Below, piece after piece: positions 63,692-64,000 of a stretch of 64,000 nucleotides of DNA. Source of the stretch: a virus. The translations under genes were made by a program, and so were the position numbers. The stretch is taken from positions 5,982 through 69,981 of the IMG/VR virus record IMGVR_UViG_3300042893_001701; one strand, written 5' to 3'. Numbering within the stretch: the first letter of the stretch is position 1; each line of letters begins with the position of its first letter. Under the pieces are notes generated by a model. That model ran no database searches. It saw nothing but the letters and a program-made list of their open reading frames with translations, and had not been told where the DNA came from.

Positions 63692-63907
63692 ATAAGCCTC
63701 CTTGTTTTTGTTAGATCTCACGTGACAACGTATTGTATGCAGATCCGCTTTTAATAAAAAACGCCAGAAAGATAGCATTAAATAACATAACGAGAAACTG
63801 TTATATTACTTCACTACTCATTCTGGCGTAAGCATCCATGTATAAATTGCCGAGTTTTACACACTTCGATCTGGACACTAAAGTAGTCCGCTACTATCTA
63901 CACGTAT

Positions 63908-63916
63908 AATATAACA
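63908..63916 (-). promoter_or_regulatory. Possible extended -10 promoter (TGTTATATT) for the MCP unit
   Basis: Lies downstream of a hairpin/T-run at about 63938-63995. Confidence 0.4.
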
Positions 63917-64000
63917 CGTAGATTTCTGTGTATAAAAGAAAAACACCGTTTCTTTACAATTCACTCATAATGAAGTGCGATAGAATCGGTGTTTAAGATA

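Larger units (their letters stand above)
1..64000. mobile_element. Tailed dsDNA bacteriophage genome segment (podovirus-like, probably lytic)
   Basis: Terminase, portal, major capsid, PolA, primase and helicases are present. No tape measure, sheath, integrase or cellular housekeeping genes were recognised. Confidence 0.95.

Noticed and set aside
63692-63778. 29-aa N-terminal extension of MCP in the ORF track
   Set aside because: A strong RBS (AAGGAGG) precedes the ATG at 63691.
1-64000. Alternative genetic code (TGA=Trp or TAG recoding)
   Set aside because: Long ORFs are intact under code 11, and TGA/TAG stops coincide with normal gene junctions.

Overview
This window is most of a low-GC, tailed dsDNA phage genome with podovirus-like architecture. 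No integrase was seen. Two arms diverge from a non-coding region at about 22.7-23.5 kb. The + strand arm (23.5-37.5 kb) carries small early genes, DprA, a MoxR-AAA/VWA pair, a Toprim primase, SSB, a SNF2 helicase, a family A DNA polymerase, a PD-(D/E)XK nuclease and a Sak4-like ATPase. The - strand carries an SF3 helicase, MazG, VRR-NUC, terminase, portal, scaffold, adaptor, nozzle and ejection-type proteins (0-22.7 kb), and the major capsid protein plus a giant gene (37.6-63.7 kb). The main discovery is the 7,862-aa ORF (37652..61240, about 37% of the window). It contains, in the correct order, beta-like and beta'-like catalytic motifs of two-barrel RNA polymerases (including R-S-P and A-D-N-D-G-D), a DnaQ-like exonuclease motif set and an N-terminal hydrophobic region, so it is a candidate giant ejected virion RNA polymerase. 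Other notable items are a 79-nt gene resembling only the tRNA-like domain of tmRNA, a second tRNA-like RNA, a Prp-protease-type cleavage motif on a putative ejection protein, a degenerate Mollicutes-like DprA and no recognisable endolysin, which together hint at a wall-less Bacillota/Mollicutes host. All calls are from motif reading by eye; no searches were run.
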